Positions 30,241-40,625 of a stretch of DNA of 64,000 nucleotides are shown one piece after another (position 1 is the stretch's first letter; each line of letters begins with the position of its first letter). The notes below the pieces were generated by a model, which was given only the letters and a program-made list of their open reading frames with translations, was not told the origin of the DNA and searched no databases. The DNA lies in the NCBI GenBank assembly GCA_964291405.2, contig OZ219926.1, forward strand, positions 1,344,001-1,408,000, read 5' to 3'. The stretch comes from Thermodesulfobacteriota bacterium (lineage in GTDB: Bacteria; Desulfobacterota; Binatia; Bin18). Both the position numbers and the translations under genes were made by a program.

Positions 30241-31278
30241 ATGAAAACATCCATCATGATCGGCGGAGCGACGTATACCGATATGCAGGGCATGGTTGAG
30301 TTTGTCCAACACGCTGAGCGTGTTGGCGTCGATCATGTCTGGTCGGCCGAGGGGTGGAGCCAGGATGCGGCAACATCCCTTGCCTATCTCGCTGGCCAGA
30401 CTGAGCGCATCATCCTCGGCACCGGTATTATGCAGATCAGCGCCCGTGCGCCGTCTATGATGGCTATGACAGCCCTGTCCTTACACGATCTCTCCGGAGG
30501 ACGCTTCATCCTGGGCTTGGGAACAAGCGGCCCTCAAGTTGTAGAAGGGTTGCAGGGCGTCCCATTTCACGCGCCGCTTACCCGACTGAAAGAGACAGTC
30601 GATATTATCCGCATGGCTTTTCGAGGTGAGAAGCTACGCTATGAAGGCAAGCTCCATACCCTGCCGCGACCGGGTGGTGAGGGCAAGGCGCTCCGGCTTG
30701 ACCATAAGCCCGTGGACATCCCCATCTTTCTGGCAACCCTGGCACCCAAGGCGCTTGAATATACAGGCGCAGCGTCAGATGGTTGGCTAGGTACCTCATT
30801 TTCGCCTGAGTGTCCCGAAGCCCATCTGGCTTATATTCGCAAAGGGGCAGAAGCAGCAGGACGAAAACTCAGCGACATTTCCCTGCATGCTGGGTGCGTG
30901 GTTGCGCTTGGCGACAATGTCGAGGAGCTCATCAACATGCGCAAGCCGTCTGTCGCCTTTAGTATGGGCGCTATGGGCTCGGCCACAACGAATTTTTACA
31001 ACGCGGCCTTCCAACGCGCAGGGTTCGAAGACGATGCCAAAGCCATTCAACAACTATGGAGTAAGGGAAAACGCAAAGAAGCCGCAGAGCGCGTTCCGGA
31101 CGCTATGGTGACGCAGTTCGGGGCTGTCGGGACCCCAGACATGATTCGTAAACGCTTTCAAAAATACAAAGACGTGGGAATTGACGGACTCACACTACGC
31201 ATTGAAGCCGCAGATCATGCGAAACGCATGGCAGATCTCGAACAAGTTATGGATGTGGTTGGCTCGATTGAAAAGTGA
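30241..31278 (+). CDS. LLM-class, probably F420-dependent, oxidoreductase
   Basis: 'W.AE.WSQDA', 'LGTGIMQISARAP...AMTA..L..LSGGRF.LGLG.SGPQVVEG..G'. Confidence 0.9.
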   Translation: MKTSIMIGGATYTDMQGMVEFVQHAERVGVDHVWSAEGWSQDAATSLAYLAGQTERIILGTGIMQISARAPSMMAMTALSLHDLSGGRFILGLGTSGPQVVEGLQGVPFHAPLTRLKETVDIIRMAFRGEKLRYEGKLHTLPRPGGEGKALRLDHKPVDIPIFLATLAPKALEYTGAASDGWLGTSFSPECPEAHLAYIRKGAEAAGRKLSDISLHAGCVVALGDNVEELINMRKPSVAFSMGAMGSATTNFYNAAFQRAGFEDDAKAIQQLWSKGKRKEAAERVPDAMVTQFGAVGTPDMIRKRFQKYKDVGIDGLTLRIEAADHAKRMADLEQVMDVVGSIEK

Positions 31279-31360
31279 ACTGATAACGCCTTTTCCTGAG
31301 ATGGGACCTTTTATTATCGCGGAAGACACGCAATTACCATATCTGTTCAAAGGAGCAAAG

Positions 31361-32521
31361 ATGCACGACAACGACCAAGCCATGCGCGAGTTTGCCAAGA
31401 CCTTAGCGCTGCCAGAATTTGAAGAAGCCGCTTTCACGAAACCACCACCGCTGCGAGAGGCGCACGTGGCGATCGTGACCAGCGCTGCGCTCCACCGAAT
31501 CGGCAGCCCCAAGTGGAAGGTTGAGGATTTCCACTTTGAGACCTTGCCGAATGACGCCCGCGATCTGAAGCTCGGCCACCTGAGCCCGAACTTTGATCGG
31601 GCTGGCTTTGCCGCTGACATGAACGTCGTCTATCCGGTCGACCGCCTGCAGGAACTCTCCGATCAGGGGGTGATCGGCAGCGTCGCTAATTACCACTACG
31701 CCTTCGCCGGCAACCAACCCGAAGGGCTATCCGCGCTGCGTTTGGATACTGGTCCGGCCTGCGCTCACAAGATGCGTGAGGATGGAGTGGATGTTGTCCT
31801 GCTCACTCCGGTTTGACCGCTGTGTCCGCGTACCGTGTGTACGCTGGCCCACGTCTTCGAGGCGGCTGGTCTGTCAACGGTCGTGATCTCACCGATGCGT
31901 GATGTTGCAGAACGCATGCGTCCACCACGCGTACTGTATGCAGAATTTCCATTAGGGCTGCCTCTCGGCAAGCCCCGCGACGCGGCCTATCAGCACCGGG
32001 TGCTCGAAGCGGCCTTTGCCCTGCTGGAACGGCCGAGTGGACCGGTTCTCGTAGACTTCCCGGAGACGATCCAAAGCAGGGGTGGGGAGCCCTTAGAGTG
32101 TCCGCTTCCGCCTCGTTACGATCCGAACCTGCACCCAGCCATTGACGAAGCACAAGCGTTACGCGCTGCTTACGACCGCGCTGTAGCGAAAACTGGGCGG
32201 ACCAGTGTCGGCCGGGTGATCAATGCGGATCAGATTCCTGCCGCACTCGAGAAGTTCGTACGTATCGCCGAAGGGGAAGCCTGGGATCAGGTTGGGCTCG
32301 AAGGGACGACTATGCAGGTCGTGCACGATATCCGGGCCTACTACGAAGAGTTGGCCTGCGAACTGGTAGTCGACGAGCCCATTCCGGCGTGGAGCGCTGA
32401 GCGTTGGTTCTACGATAAAACCGAGGCCGGTAAGGTGTTGCTGACGGCACGCCGTACGCTGAAGGAGAGTGGGGCGAACCGTCCGATCTGGTTTTTCATG
32501 GCCCCGGGCTCACGCCAGTAA
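31361..32521 (+). CDS. GrdB/PrdB (glycine/betaine/sarcosine/D-proline reductase selenoprotein B)-like protein, Sec152 in UxxC, with extra C-terminal domain
   Basis: 'VAIVTSAALH', 'DMNVVYPVDRL.EL...G.IG', 'DGVDVVLLTPV-U-PLCPRTV...A...EAAG..TV', 'PPR.L...FP.G.PLG'; in-frame TGA at 31814-31816. Confidence 0.88.
31826..31847 (+). promoter_or_regulatory. Putative bacterial SECIS hairpin
   Basis: Stem GCGTAC/GTACGC extended by CC/GG across a bulged T, loop CGTGT with G at position 2, 17 nt after TGA. Confidence 0.7.
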
Positions 32522-32575
32522 AGCCGTCCGTAGTGGACATCGGGTAAAGATTTTTTACAGCGAAAGGAGCGGTGT

Positions 32576-33418
32576 ATGAAGCTGAGTATTAACGTGCGGA
32601 ATTGGGGTCCTCATTCGACCGCTGACATCATGCTCGAATGTGCCCATGCGGCCGATGAGTCCGGACTTGATACGCTCTGGATTAACGAGCATATTGCGAT
32701 CCCACCGAATCTCGAAATGCCAGGCGGCTTCCCTGATTTCTCAGAAGGACGGGTTCTCGATCCGTTTGCGACTCTCGCATTCCTCGCCTCGGCGACAAAA
32801 CGGATCGGCTTAGGTACGGCCGTCATCCTCCTCCCCTACCGCCCCCCGCTTCCAACGGCAAAACTCGTCGCAACGGTCCATGAACTGTCGGGCGAACGTT
32901 TGCGTTTGGGTGTGGGCGTGGGCTGGATGAAAGAGGAATTTCAGGCCCTCGGGGTCGACTACAGTCGGCGCGGGGCAATGACGAACGAAACCTTAGCCTT
33001 TATCCGCCAGTGTTTTGATGGGGACGATATAACTGAAGCGAATGGGCAACCCTTTTTATTTCGGCCCCGTCCCGCCTGCCCCCCAATTTATGTTGGGGGT
33101 GCACCACCGCATAGCCTTGAACGCACGGTAAAATACGGTCACGGCTGGATTCCAGCCGGTGTCGAGGCGGAAGTCCTCAAGCCCGATATTGAAAAGCTGC
33201 AACAGCTGGCAAAGGAAGCCGGCCGCTCGGCGCTTGAAGTGGTTGCCATGAAAACCTTGCCCATCGATGACCCACCAAAGGCGATCGACTACGCGAAAGG
33301 CTTTGCGGAGGTAGGCGTGACCCATCTTGTCCATACCCAAGGGTACGAGAGTGCGGCTGAATATCGACAGAATATCGCTGTTCTCGAAGAAAGAATTCGA
33401 CCAGCTTTAGCCGACTAA
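32576..33418 (+). CDS. LLM-class F420-dependent oxidoreductase (Rv2161c-like)
   Basis: 'LW..EHIAIP', 'DPF.TLAFLA..T.RI.LGT.V..LPYR', 'LGVGVGW..EEF.ALGV.Y..RG'. Confidence 0.88.
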   Translation: MKLSINVRNWGPHSTADIMLECAHAADESGLDTLWINEHIAIPPNLEMPGGFPDFSEGRVLDPFATLAFLASATKRIGLGTAVILLPYRPPLPTAKLVATVHELSGERLRLGVGVGWMKEEFQALGVDYSRRGAMTNETLAFIRQCFDGDDITEANGQPFLFRPRPACPPIYVGGAPPHSLERTVKYGHGWIPAGVEAEVLKPDIEKLQQLAKEAGRSALEVVAMKTLPIDDPPKAIDYAKGFAEVGVTHLVHTQGYESAAEYRQNIAVLEERIRPALAD

Positions 33419-33635
33419 GGAAAAGGTTCTGGGAGAGCCGGGCACGACGGGGGCAGTCTTCTTCGAGACCGGATGCGGCAATCGCGCAGAGGGTATCGAG
33501 GTCAGACATCAGTGCGCTCTGACGATGGATCTCGCTGGTTGCGCGGGGATCTCTGAGACGGCGAGCGCCGTTCAGGGTGGACCCTGAGGAGTATTCCACG
33601 TCGCCTCCCGAATACCTCAAACCCTCAGGATGATC

Positions 33636-34031
33636 TTAGTCCATAGCGATGGCTGATATTTCAAACATAGCCCCCGGAGCATAGAGCCCGGTCACTCCAT
33701 GCAGCGCACTACCCGTAGGGGTAGAATCGCCAAAGGCTTTAGCGAGCACATCTAAATTCGCATAAGTTTGTGGCACATCAGTAGTGTATATGAAGTAATG
33801 AACAACGTTAGATAGATTCATGTCAGCTTCTTTCAGAACACGTTCCACATGGTCTATTGCCATGGCCATCTGTGCGCGCATATCACCGACGTGGCAAGGT
33901 TCTCCTGTCTCTTCGTCCATCGCAACTTGGCCAGTAACAAACACAATTCGGGTATAGTCCTCTATGATCTCTCCCTGAGGAACTCCAAGGTTTTTGAAAA
34001 AGGGGGATATAGTGATAGGGGTTCTCTTCAT
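33636..34031 (-). CDS. RidA/YjgF family protein (AT-richer than neighbours)
   Basis: 'VFVTGQVA', 'DMRAQ...A...V..VL..A...L.NVV', 'GVTGL..PG...EI.AIA'. Confidence 0.85.
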   Translation of the reverse strand: MKRTPITISPFFKNLGVPQGEIIEDYTRIVFVTGQVAMDEETGEPCHVGDMRAQMAMAIDHVERVLKEADMNLSNVVHYFIYTTDVPQTYANLDVLAKAFGDSTPTGSALHGVTGLYAPGAMFEISAIAMD

Positions 34032-34357
34032 TATTCTTACTCCTTTCCACCTCAATGATAGGCGGTATCTGTTTTCAGAATCGAAGCACTGAGAACTGGA
34101 GATAAATATCATAAGGGCATGGCGTCTGCGAGCAGCGACTAAACATCACCCAGTGCTCGTCCTGGGCGTCCACCTCTCCCCTGTCTGTTGTCACCTGTGT
34201 AGGCAGTGAGACTTTCCCATGGGAATACATGCCCTCACAGCGGCGTCAAAAATGAGCCGTGCTTAGTTTGCAACCAGGACGGCTTCCTATCGGAGAGTCG
34301 ATAAGATATATCTAGGCAACCTGAAAACCGACGTAGGATCATAGAGGATGGAACACC

Positions 34358-36019
34358 ATGACGAACACGACTCAACAGCCACACGGAAACGGATCGCTTG
34401 AATACTGTGACGCCGTCATCATCGGAGCGGGCGTTGGCGGCATGTACGCCTTACACCACCTGCGCGAAATGGGCCTGTCAGTGCGCGTGTACGACGGCGC
34501 CGGCGGTATCGGCGGAACCTGGTGGTGGAACCGCTACCCCGGTGCACGGGTCGATGGTCCGGGCAGTCCTTTCTACTGCTACACCTTCTCGGAAGAGCTG
34601 GTGCGGGAGTGGGACTGGGCCGAGACCCAGCCAAGCCAAGAGCAGGTACTGGACTACCTTGAGCACGTGGCCGACCGGCTCGACCTGCGCCGCGACATCC
34701 AACTTGAGACCTGGATACGCGACGCCCGTTATGACGAAGCGGTCCAGCGCTGGACAGTTGAGACCAGCGGTGGCGAGCGTGTCTCGGCTCAGTTTTTGAT
34801 CTGCGCAGTCGGCACCCTCTCGGCGGCCCACAAACCCGACTTCCCTGGACTCGACGATTTTACCGGTGAGTGCTACCACACCGGCCGCTGGCCGCAGGAA
34901 CCTGTTTCTTTTGAGGGCAAACGCGTTGGCGTGATCGGGACTGGCTCCTCGGGGGTACAGGCGGTTCCTGTAATCGCTCGCGAGGCCGCACACCTGACGG
35001 TGTTCCAGCGCACACCGCAATACAGCATCCCGGCACGTAACCGTCCCCTCGAGCCTGAGTTAATGCAGTACGCCCGCGAAAACTGGGACGAAGTCCGGGC
35101 GAAAATGAACGCCCATCCCGTAGGCATGCCGTTCGAGACCACCTCGCGCTTGGGTATCGAGGACACCCCCGAACAACGCCAAGCGCTCTACGAGGATCTG
35201 TGGCAGAAGGGCAGCTTCAACCTCCTTTTCGGCAGCTATGCCGACCTCCTGACCAATAAGGAGACCAACCGCACGCTGGCCGATTTTATACGCGGTAAGA
35301 TTCGCGAGTGCGTGAAGGACCCCGAGATTGCCGAGAAGCTGATGCCAGACTACTATCTGGGCACCAAGCGCCAGATCCTCGATAATGGCTACTACGAAAC
35401 CTTCAATCGCGATAACGTCACTTTAGTAGACTTACGCGAAGACCCAATTCAGACGGTCACTGCAACAGGTGTACGGACTGAGACCGGCGACCATCCGCTC
35501 GATATGATCGTGATGGCAACGGGCTTCGACGCCATCAGCGGCACTCTGCTGCGCCTCAACCCCAAGGGGCGTGGCGGCGTCGGCCTCAAGGAGAAGTGGA
35601 GCAGTCGCTTCGATAACTACCTTGGTATGGCGATTGCCGACTTCCCCAATCTGTTTATGATCCATGGCCCAGGCTCACCCTCAGTGCTCTATAACATGCC
35701 GCTCGGTGCCGAGCGCGAGACGGAGTGGATCGGCAACTGCGTGCAATATCTACGCGAACGTGGTCTGGGTGCCATCGAGGCGACGCCGGACGCTGAGAAA
35801 GACTGGGACAAAGAGGTCAACGAACTCGCCAACGAGACGCTCTACCCCCTCACTGACTCCTGGTACACAGGCGCCAATATCCCAGGCAAGCCCCGTCAGT
35901 TCTGCGTCCACCTGGGTGGTCCGCTGTACTTTCAGCGCATCTCTGAGGCTGCCGCCAAGGGCTACGAGGGGTTCGTGTTTGAGGAGGAGAACAACGTAGA
36001 CGTCTCCGCCGCGTCCTGA
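34358..36019 (+). CDS. Type I Baeyer-Villiger monooxygenase (cyclohexanone/phenylacetone monooxygenase-like)
   Basis: GAGVGG, GGTWWWNRYPGARVD, BVMO fingerprint FTGECYHTGRWP, GTGSSG, ATGFD, SWYTGANIPGKPR. Confidence 0.95.
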   Translation: MTNTTQQPHGNGSLEYCDAVIIGAGVGGMYALHHLREMGLSVRVYDGAGGIGGTWWWNRYPGARVDGPGSPFYCYTFSEELVREWDWAETQPSQEQVLDYLEHVADRLDLRRDIQLETWIRDARYDEAVQRWTVETSGGERVSAQFLICAVGTLSAAHKPDFPGLDDFTGECYHTGRWPQEPVSFEGKRVGVIGTGSSGVQAVPVIAREAAHLTVFQRTPQYSIPARNRPLEPELMQYARENWDEVRAKMNAHPVGMPFETTSRLGIEDTPEQRQALYEDLWQKGSFNLLFGSYADLLTNKETNRTLADFIRGKIRECVKDPEIAEKLMPDYYLGTKRQILDNGYYETFNRDNVTLVDLREDPIQTVTATGVRTETGDHPLDMIVMATGFDAISGTLLRLNPKGRGGVGLKEKWSSRFDNYLGMAIADFPNLFMIHGPGSPSVLYNMPLGAERETEWIGNCVQYLRERGLGAIEATPDAEKDWDKEVNELANETLYPLTDSWYTGANIPGKPRQFCVHLGGPLYFQRISEAAAKGYEGFVFEEENNVDVSAAS

Positions 36020-36122
36020 GCGCCTCAGAACGTCGACCCGGGCGCTACCCTATACCGATCCGCTTTTGTGGAAGGGCGTCTTGGATTCAGCCGGTTAGGG
36101 GTACAGGGGCCCGCGCCCTTTT

Positions 36123-36776
36123 CTAAACCTCAAAGCGTGCCTGCATCCGCTCCCACCACTTGCCCAAAGACGGGGCAGAATCAAACAGCGGTTCGTCGCT
36201 GACCCGGGTGATCCAGGTGAAGGTGCCGAAAAGACAGAAATCAGCATAGGTTAAAATCTCAAACAAATATTCGTGCCCTAAAGCGACGGCCTCAAGGTCG
36301 GCGAGGACAGATTTGAAGCGTGGACGAAATTCGTCGCGCTTGGCGGCAATATCTTCGAGCGTTGCGCCCAGCCGCGCCTCGAAGTTTTCGCGGAAATAGG
36401 CGCGATCGACCGGCTCGATCTTTTCAAAGACGTCGTACACCACGACCGGAAAGAACGCTGGATGCAGCGTGGTGTCGACATATATATTAAAAAACCGGCA
36501 GGCCTTTTTCATGCCAAGGACAGGAAAGAGCTTGGGCTCTGGGTGCTGCTCTTCCAAATACTCTGCGATTTTCCACGAATCGGAAACAACCGTGCTGTTA
36601 TCTTTGATGACCGGCACACGCTCCTGGTTGGAGAAAGTCAGCTTGTCTTTATCACAAAACCGAATTGGTACAGTGGTATAATCCAGGTTCTTATAGCGCA
36701 GCGCGGCTTTGGTACGGGCACAGAATGGACTGCAGCGCAGGTCATTTGCTCCAGTGAGATCATAGACTTCGATCAT
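36123..36776 (-). CDS. Glutathione S-transferase (beta-etherase LigE-like N-terminus)
   Basis: 'YDL.G......SPFC.R...AL..K', 'VPVI.D....V.DSW.IA.YLE'. Confidence 0.82.
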   Translation of the reverse strand: MIEVYDLTGANDLRCSPFCARTKAALRYKNLDYTTVPIRFCDKDKLTFSNQERVPVIKDNSTVVSDSWKIAEYLEEQHPEPKLFPVLGMKKACRFFNIYVDTTLHPAFFPVVVYDVFEKIEPVDRAYFRENFEARLGATLEDIAAKRDEFRPRFKSVLADLEAVALGHEYLFEILTYADFCLFGTFTWITRVSDEPLFDSAPSLGKWWERMQARFEV

Positions 36777-36844
36777 TGGGTTTCCCCTCTCTCATATCTC
36801 TAGCGCTTTTCGTCATCGCCAAAAAAAGAGAAGAAGTCAAGGAG

Positions 36845-36876
36845 ACGGGTGGTGGTACAGGTGTACCACCACCCGT
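36845..36876. repeat. Perfect 15-bp inverted repeat (2-nt loop)
   Basis: ACGGGTGGTGGTACA-GG-TGTACCACCACCCGT. Confidence 0.85.
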
Positions 36877-37065
36877 TCGCATTTGCCTCTGTAAATTTGT
36901 ACTATGCAATCGTAATCTGGTCGCAGACAGCTTCCTTGGGGGACGGTGTCAGACGGCAAGGAGTTGCAGCGGGTACGGGTTGTGTGCGGCGGCCTCATTG
37001 TCGTTCGAAGGTACGGGGCCGCTCATGCGATTGCATGAATTGAATGATCCGGAGGGTAGAGACTG

Positions 37066-37449
37066 ATGAACAGGAAACATGATGCGGGAGTTGCGAAGCA
37101 CATCGGTACGTACAGCGATGCGGTAGAGATTGATTCCGCACAACGCATTCTCTATGTGTCCGGTACCCCCGGTATTGATGCGGACAGTGGCCACTTGCCG
37201 GACGACTTCGCCGAGCAGGCGGATCTCGCCTGGCGCAACGTCGTGAACATTCTCAAGCGGGCGGATATGGGTGTTGAAGATATCGTCAAACTGACCCAGC
37301 ATCTTATTCGGCGGGAAGACTTGAAAATCTATCGAGAAATACGATCACGGTATTTGGGGACGTGCGCTCCAGCCTCAATGCTCACCCTGCTCCCCGGTCT
37401 CGTTTGGCCGAATATGCTGATCGAGCTGGAGGTCGTGGCCGCGAAATGA
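37066..37449 (+). CDS. RidA/YjgF family protein
   Basis: 'YSDAVE...LYVSGTPG', 'QA..AW.N...IL..A.M...DIVK', 'PAS.L....L..P..LIE.EVVAA'. Confidence 0.88.
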   Translation: MNRKHDAGVAKHIGTYSDAVEIDSAQRILYVSGTPGIDADSGHLPDDFAEQADLAWRNVVNILKRADMGVEDIVKLTQHLIRREDLKIYREIRSRYLGTCAPASMLTLLPGLVWPNMLIELEVVAAK

Positions 37450-37458
37450 AGCCAGGAA

Positions 37459-37640
37459 GGCACTGTCAAGTTTTCGGAGGGAAAGCACGAAATTCACTTA
37501 CTGTGATATAGAGTTAGAGTCCTTTTTACGCAGACATCCGATCCGTTGTCGCCGCACGCCAGGTCATAAAGACCCGTTCTCGAAACAGCCGCTAGTGGGC
37601 TACCTCCAAGAGATAGCGTCCAGTCCGAAAGAGACTGAGG
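37459..37640 (-). mobile_element. IS6-family right-end remnant with terminal IR
   Basis: Minus strand LSLFRTGRYLLEVAH*RLFRERVFMTWR...*, then AACTTGACAGTGCC (plus strand GGCACTGTCAAGTT at 37459-37472). Confidence 0.8.
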
Positions 37641-37840
37641 CATTCCATGATTACTGCACCTCGAAGCGACCCATCACAAGGGTCCAACAACTTTCCTCCA
37701 TGGAAGTTTATGTCGTGTATCCTCGCAAACCCTCTATGTGCATAATAACTAAACGCTCATATGATAATCTCCTTGCGACGGGGCCGCCCTCCCCTGACTG
37801 AAATCGACCGGCTGATCGAATTTGGGAACAGGCCGCAACG

Positions 37841-39137
37841 CTAGAGAAACCGACTCCGGAGTCGAGCGAGCGGTTGGAGGACAAATCGAGATGCGCCTTC
37901 CATAACACGCTTACTCCGGACTGGCTTGAGATCACGCAGAGGAAAGGCGCATTCTTCCGGATTGTCTGCGACAAACATGTTGGCGACCTGGCGGCCCATC
38001 TGGGTGCCTAACACAATGCCATTGCCGCAGTAGGAATTCGCCGCATACAGGCCAGGGGCAAGAGAGTAGAGGTGGGGGAGAATGTCGGTATTCATCGCAA
38101 TCTGGCCAAAATGGACGTAGCGCCACGCGGGAAGGGCCACCGTGGGAAAAATGCGCTTGAATTTGTTGGTAAATTGCGCGGCCACTTTTTCGGGCTCGAA
38201 AGAGGGAAGGGCAAGCGCGGCGGTACTGGTTCCAAGTCGCCCTTCCGTATCCACTCGTAGGCTGAAAATGTTTGAATAGTCAACGTCGATAAAGCCGCCA
38301 TCCTTCGGCAGCAGTGCGGCACCCTTATCAGGCAGTGGATCAGTCGCAACAAAAGCTAAGGTCCAACGAATAAAGCTGTTCTGCAGGCCCGGCCATAAAC
38401 CTTGCTCATACGCATTTGTCGCCAACAAAACTCGACTGGCCAAAACTGAGCCCTTGGGGGTGAGCAGCTTCCAACGATCTCGCTGCTGCTGAAGCGATTG
38501 CACCGGGCTATTGCTATAGACGTGGACGCCACAGCTCTGAGCAGCGCGGGCCAGTCCCCGCACGTACGATAACGGGTTGATCAAGCCGCTATTCACCACA
38601 CGCATACCGTGCCTATAGCGATCGGTCGGTATCACTTCAGCCAGCTGCGCCGCGTCAAGGATTTCAATCGGATGATCGTATGCCGCCCATTCTTCGGCCT
38701 CAGTTTCGAGCGTATCGCGCATGCGGTCAGTCAGAGACGCGTAGACATGGCCCGTTGTTCGATAATCACACGCAATCTGATACCGCTGGGTTAGTTCATA
38801 AATGTAGCGGCCCTTCAGGGGCAAGGCGATTGAGCCGTTGTCCGCGCTCCTCACCGCCATTTGACGATCTGCGACGGCGGTGTATGGAACCACCAGTTTG
38901 GACACACCCAGCTGCACTGCGTCCTGACGCTCCCCAGCCGGGCTGGCCTGCGTCTAATAGTGCGACGCTCTTACCCGCAGCGGCCAGATGGAGAGCTGCG
39001 GAGCAGCCCGTGTATCCAGCCCCGACAACGGCAACCTCGACATCGCCGTCTCCATCAAGCTGCCGGGCATCTGGTGCGGGTATCGCTGTTTCCAGCCAAA
39101 CGCTTTTGTCTCGATTGTCCCACGCTGAGATATCCAT
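37841..39137 (-). CDS. FAD-dependent oxidoreductase (DAO/PuuB-like), frameshifted near 38810
   Basis: 'VAVVGAGYTG.SAALHLA', 'GWGASGR' in ORF 38796-39137; 'INPLSY.RGLA', 'LATNAY', 'YCGNGI..GT' in ORF 37841-38917. Confidence 0.8.
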
Positions 39138-39394
39138 AGGTGCACTCCAAAAAAGCTATAGCGATACTCACTTCATCCGCCACACACGGTGTGCCTCACT
39201 ACGATGTAACTTTGACTCCCGTCCGGCCAATAGAAGGGTATTGCACGGCATACCGTCCGCTGCCGTTCTTCGCTTGCTGTCGTCCCTGTTCTTCACGTTC
39301 GCTAAAGCAGTGTCAAGCTCAGGAACAACACTCCCCTAGCAATGGGACATCTTCCGCAGTATTTTCCATTCATTCAAATTGATCAGAGGATCTT

Positions 39395-40582
39395 ATGCGA
39401 ACGAGTCAAGATAGCATTCTTACCACCCACGTTGGCAGCTTGCCGCGCAGCGAACCGCTGATGCGTATGCTGCTCGATAAAGAGCAGGGCAATGCGCTGG
39501 ATGAGGCGAGCTTTGAGTCTCAAGTCAGGGACGATCTGGCTTTCATCCTGCAAAAACAGCGTGAAGTGGGCATTGATATCCCAAACGATGGCGAACTGCC
39601 GCGTCTGGGTTTCTCGTTTTATGTTAAAGACCGCATGACCGGTTTTGGCGGCCATGCCCAGCGGGGCACGGTGACCGATTTTGCTAAGTTTCCAGGCTAT
39701 GTCGCGCTCAAGACGGGCCGCCCGGCTGGTGAAGAGATCAAACAGAGTGCCACCATGTACGACATGCCCGAATGTCAAAGTGCCGTGCTGTATGATGCTG
39801 AGAAACGCGTTGCCCACCAGGAACTACGACTGTTCAGCGAGGTATTAAACAATGATAATGCAACGGCCGAGACGTTTGTCACCGCCGCCACACCCGGTAT
39901 TGTCTCGACCACGCTGTTGCGGAATGCAGACAATCCCGATTACGCCACTGACCGTGATTATGTGCTCGCCCTGGCCGAAGAACTCCGCCACGAATACGAG
40001 CTGATTGTTGAACAGGGCCACATTCTGCAGCTGGATGCTCCGGACCTGGCGATAGAGCGTCAAATCATGTTTCTCAATCAGCCGCTGGACGCGTTTCTCA
40101 AGCGGGTTGAGCTGCACATCGAGGCCATCAATGCTGCCTTGGTGAATATCCCGCGTGACCGGGTGCGTATGCATGTGTGCTGGGGCAACTGGGACGGGCC
40201 GCATATCGACGATATGGACTTGGAGCCGCTTTTGCCGCTTCTCTATCAAGCCAAAGTTGGCGGACTGAGTATTCCGTTTGCCAATCCCCGCCATCAGCAT
40301 GAAGTGAAGCTCTTCAAACGCTATCCCCTACCGTCAGACATGGTCCTGATTCCCGGTCTCATTGACGTGACGACGAACTACCTCGAACACCCCGAAGTGG
40401 TCGCCGACCGAATTGAGACGATCACGAATATTGTTGGGGATCCAAAGCGAATCATCGCTGGCACAGATTGTGGCTTCAGCACCTTTGCCGGTTATGTTAT
40501 GGTTGCGCACGATGTGGTGTGGGAGAAACTGCGGATGTTGTCAGAAGGCGCCAAGCTTGCCACCGCGCGACTGTTTTCATAG
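39395..40582 (+). CDS. Cobalamin-independent methionine synthase II-like (single-barrel MetE family)
   Basis: 'TTHVGSLPR', 'NDGE', 'LQLDAPDL', Zn ligands 'HVCWGN' and 'GTDCGF'. Confidence 0.9.
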   Translation: MRTSQDSILTTHVGSLPRSEPLMRMLLDKEQGNALDEASFESQVRDDLAFILQKQREVGIDIPNDGELPRLGFSFYVKDRMTGFGGHAQRGTVTDFAKFPGYVALKTGRPAGEEIKQSATMYDMPECQSAVLYDAEKRVAHQELRLFSEVLNNDNATAETFVTAATPGIVSTTLLRNADNPDYATDRDYVLALAEELRHEYELIVEQGHILQLDAPDLAIERQIMFLNQPLDAFLKRVELHIEAINAALVNIPRDRVRMHVCWGNWDGPHIDDMDLEPLLPLLYQAKVGGLSIPFANPRHQHEVKLFKRYPLPSDMVLIPGLIDVTTNYLEHPEVVADRIETITNIVGDPKRIIAGTDCGFSTFAGYVMVAHDVVWEKLRMLSEGAKLATARLFS

Positions 40583-40625
40583 CCTTTCCAGTCTTCTCTA
40601 CGTAATACAATAAGGAGGAGGACCT

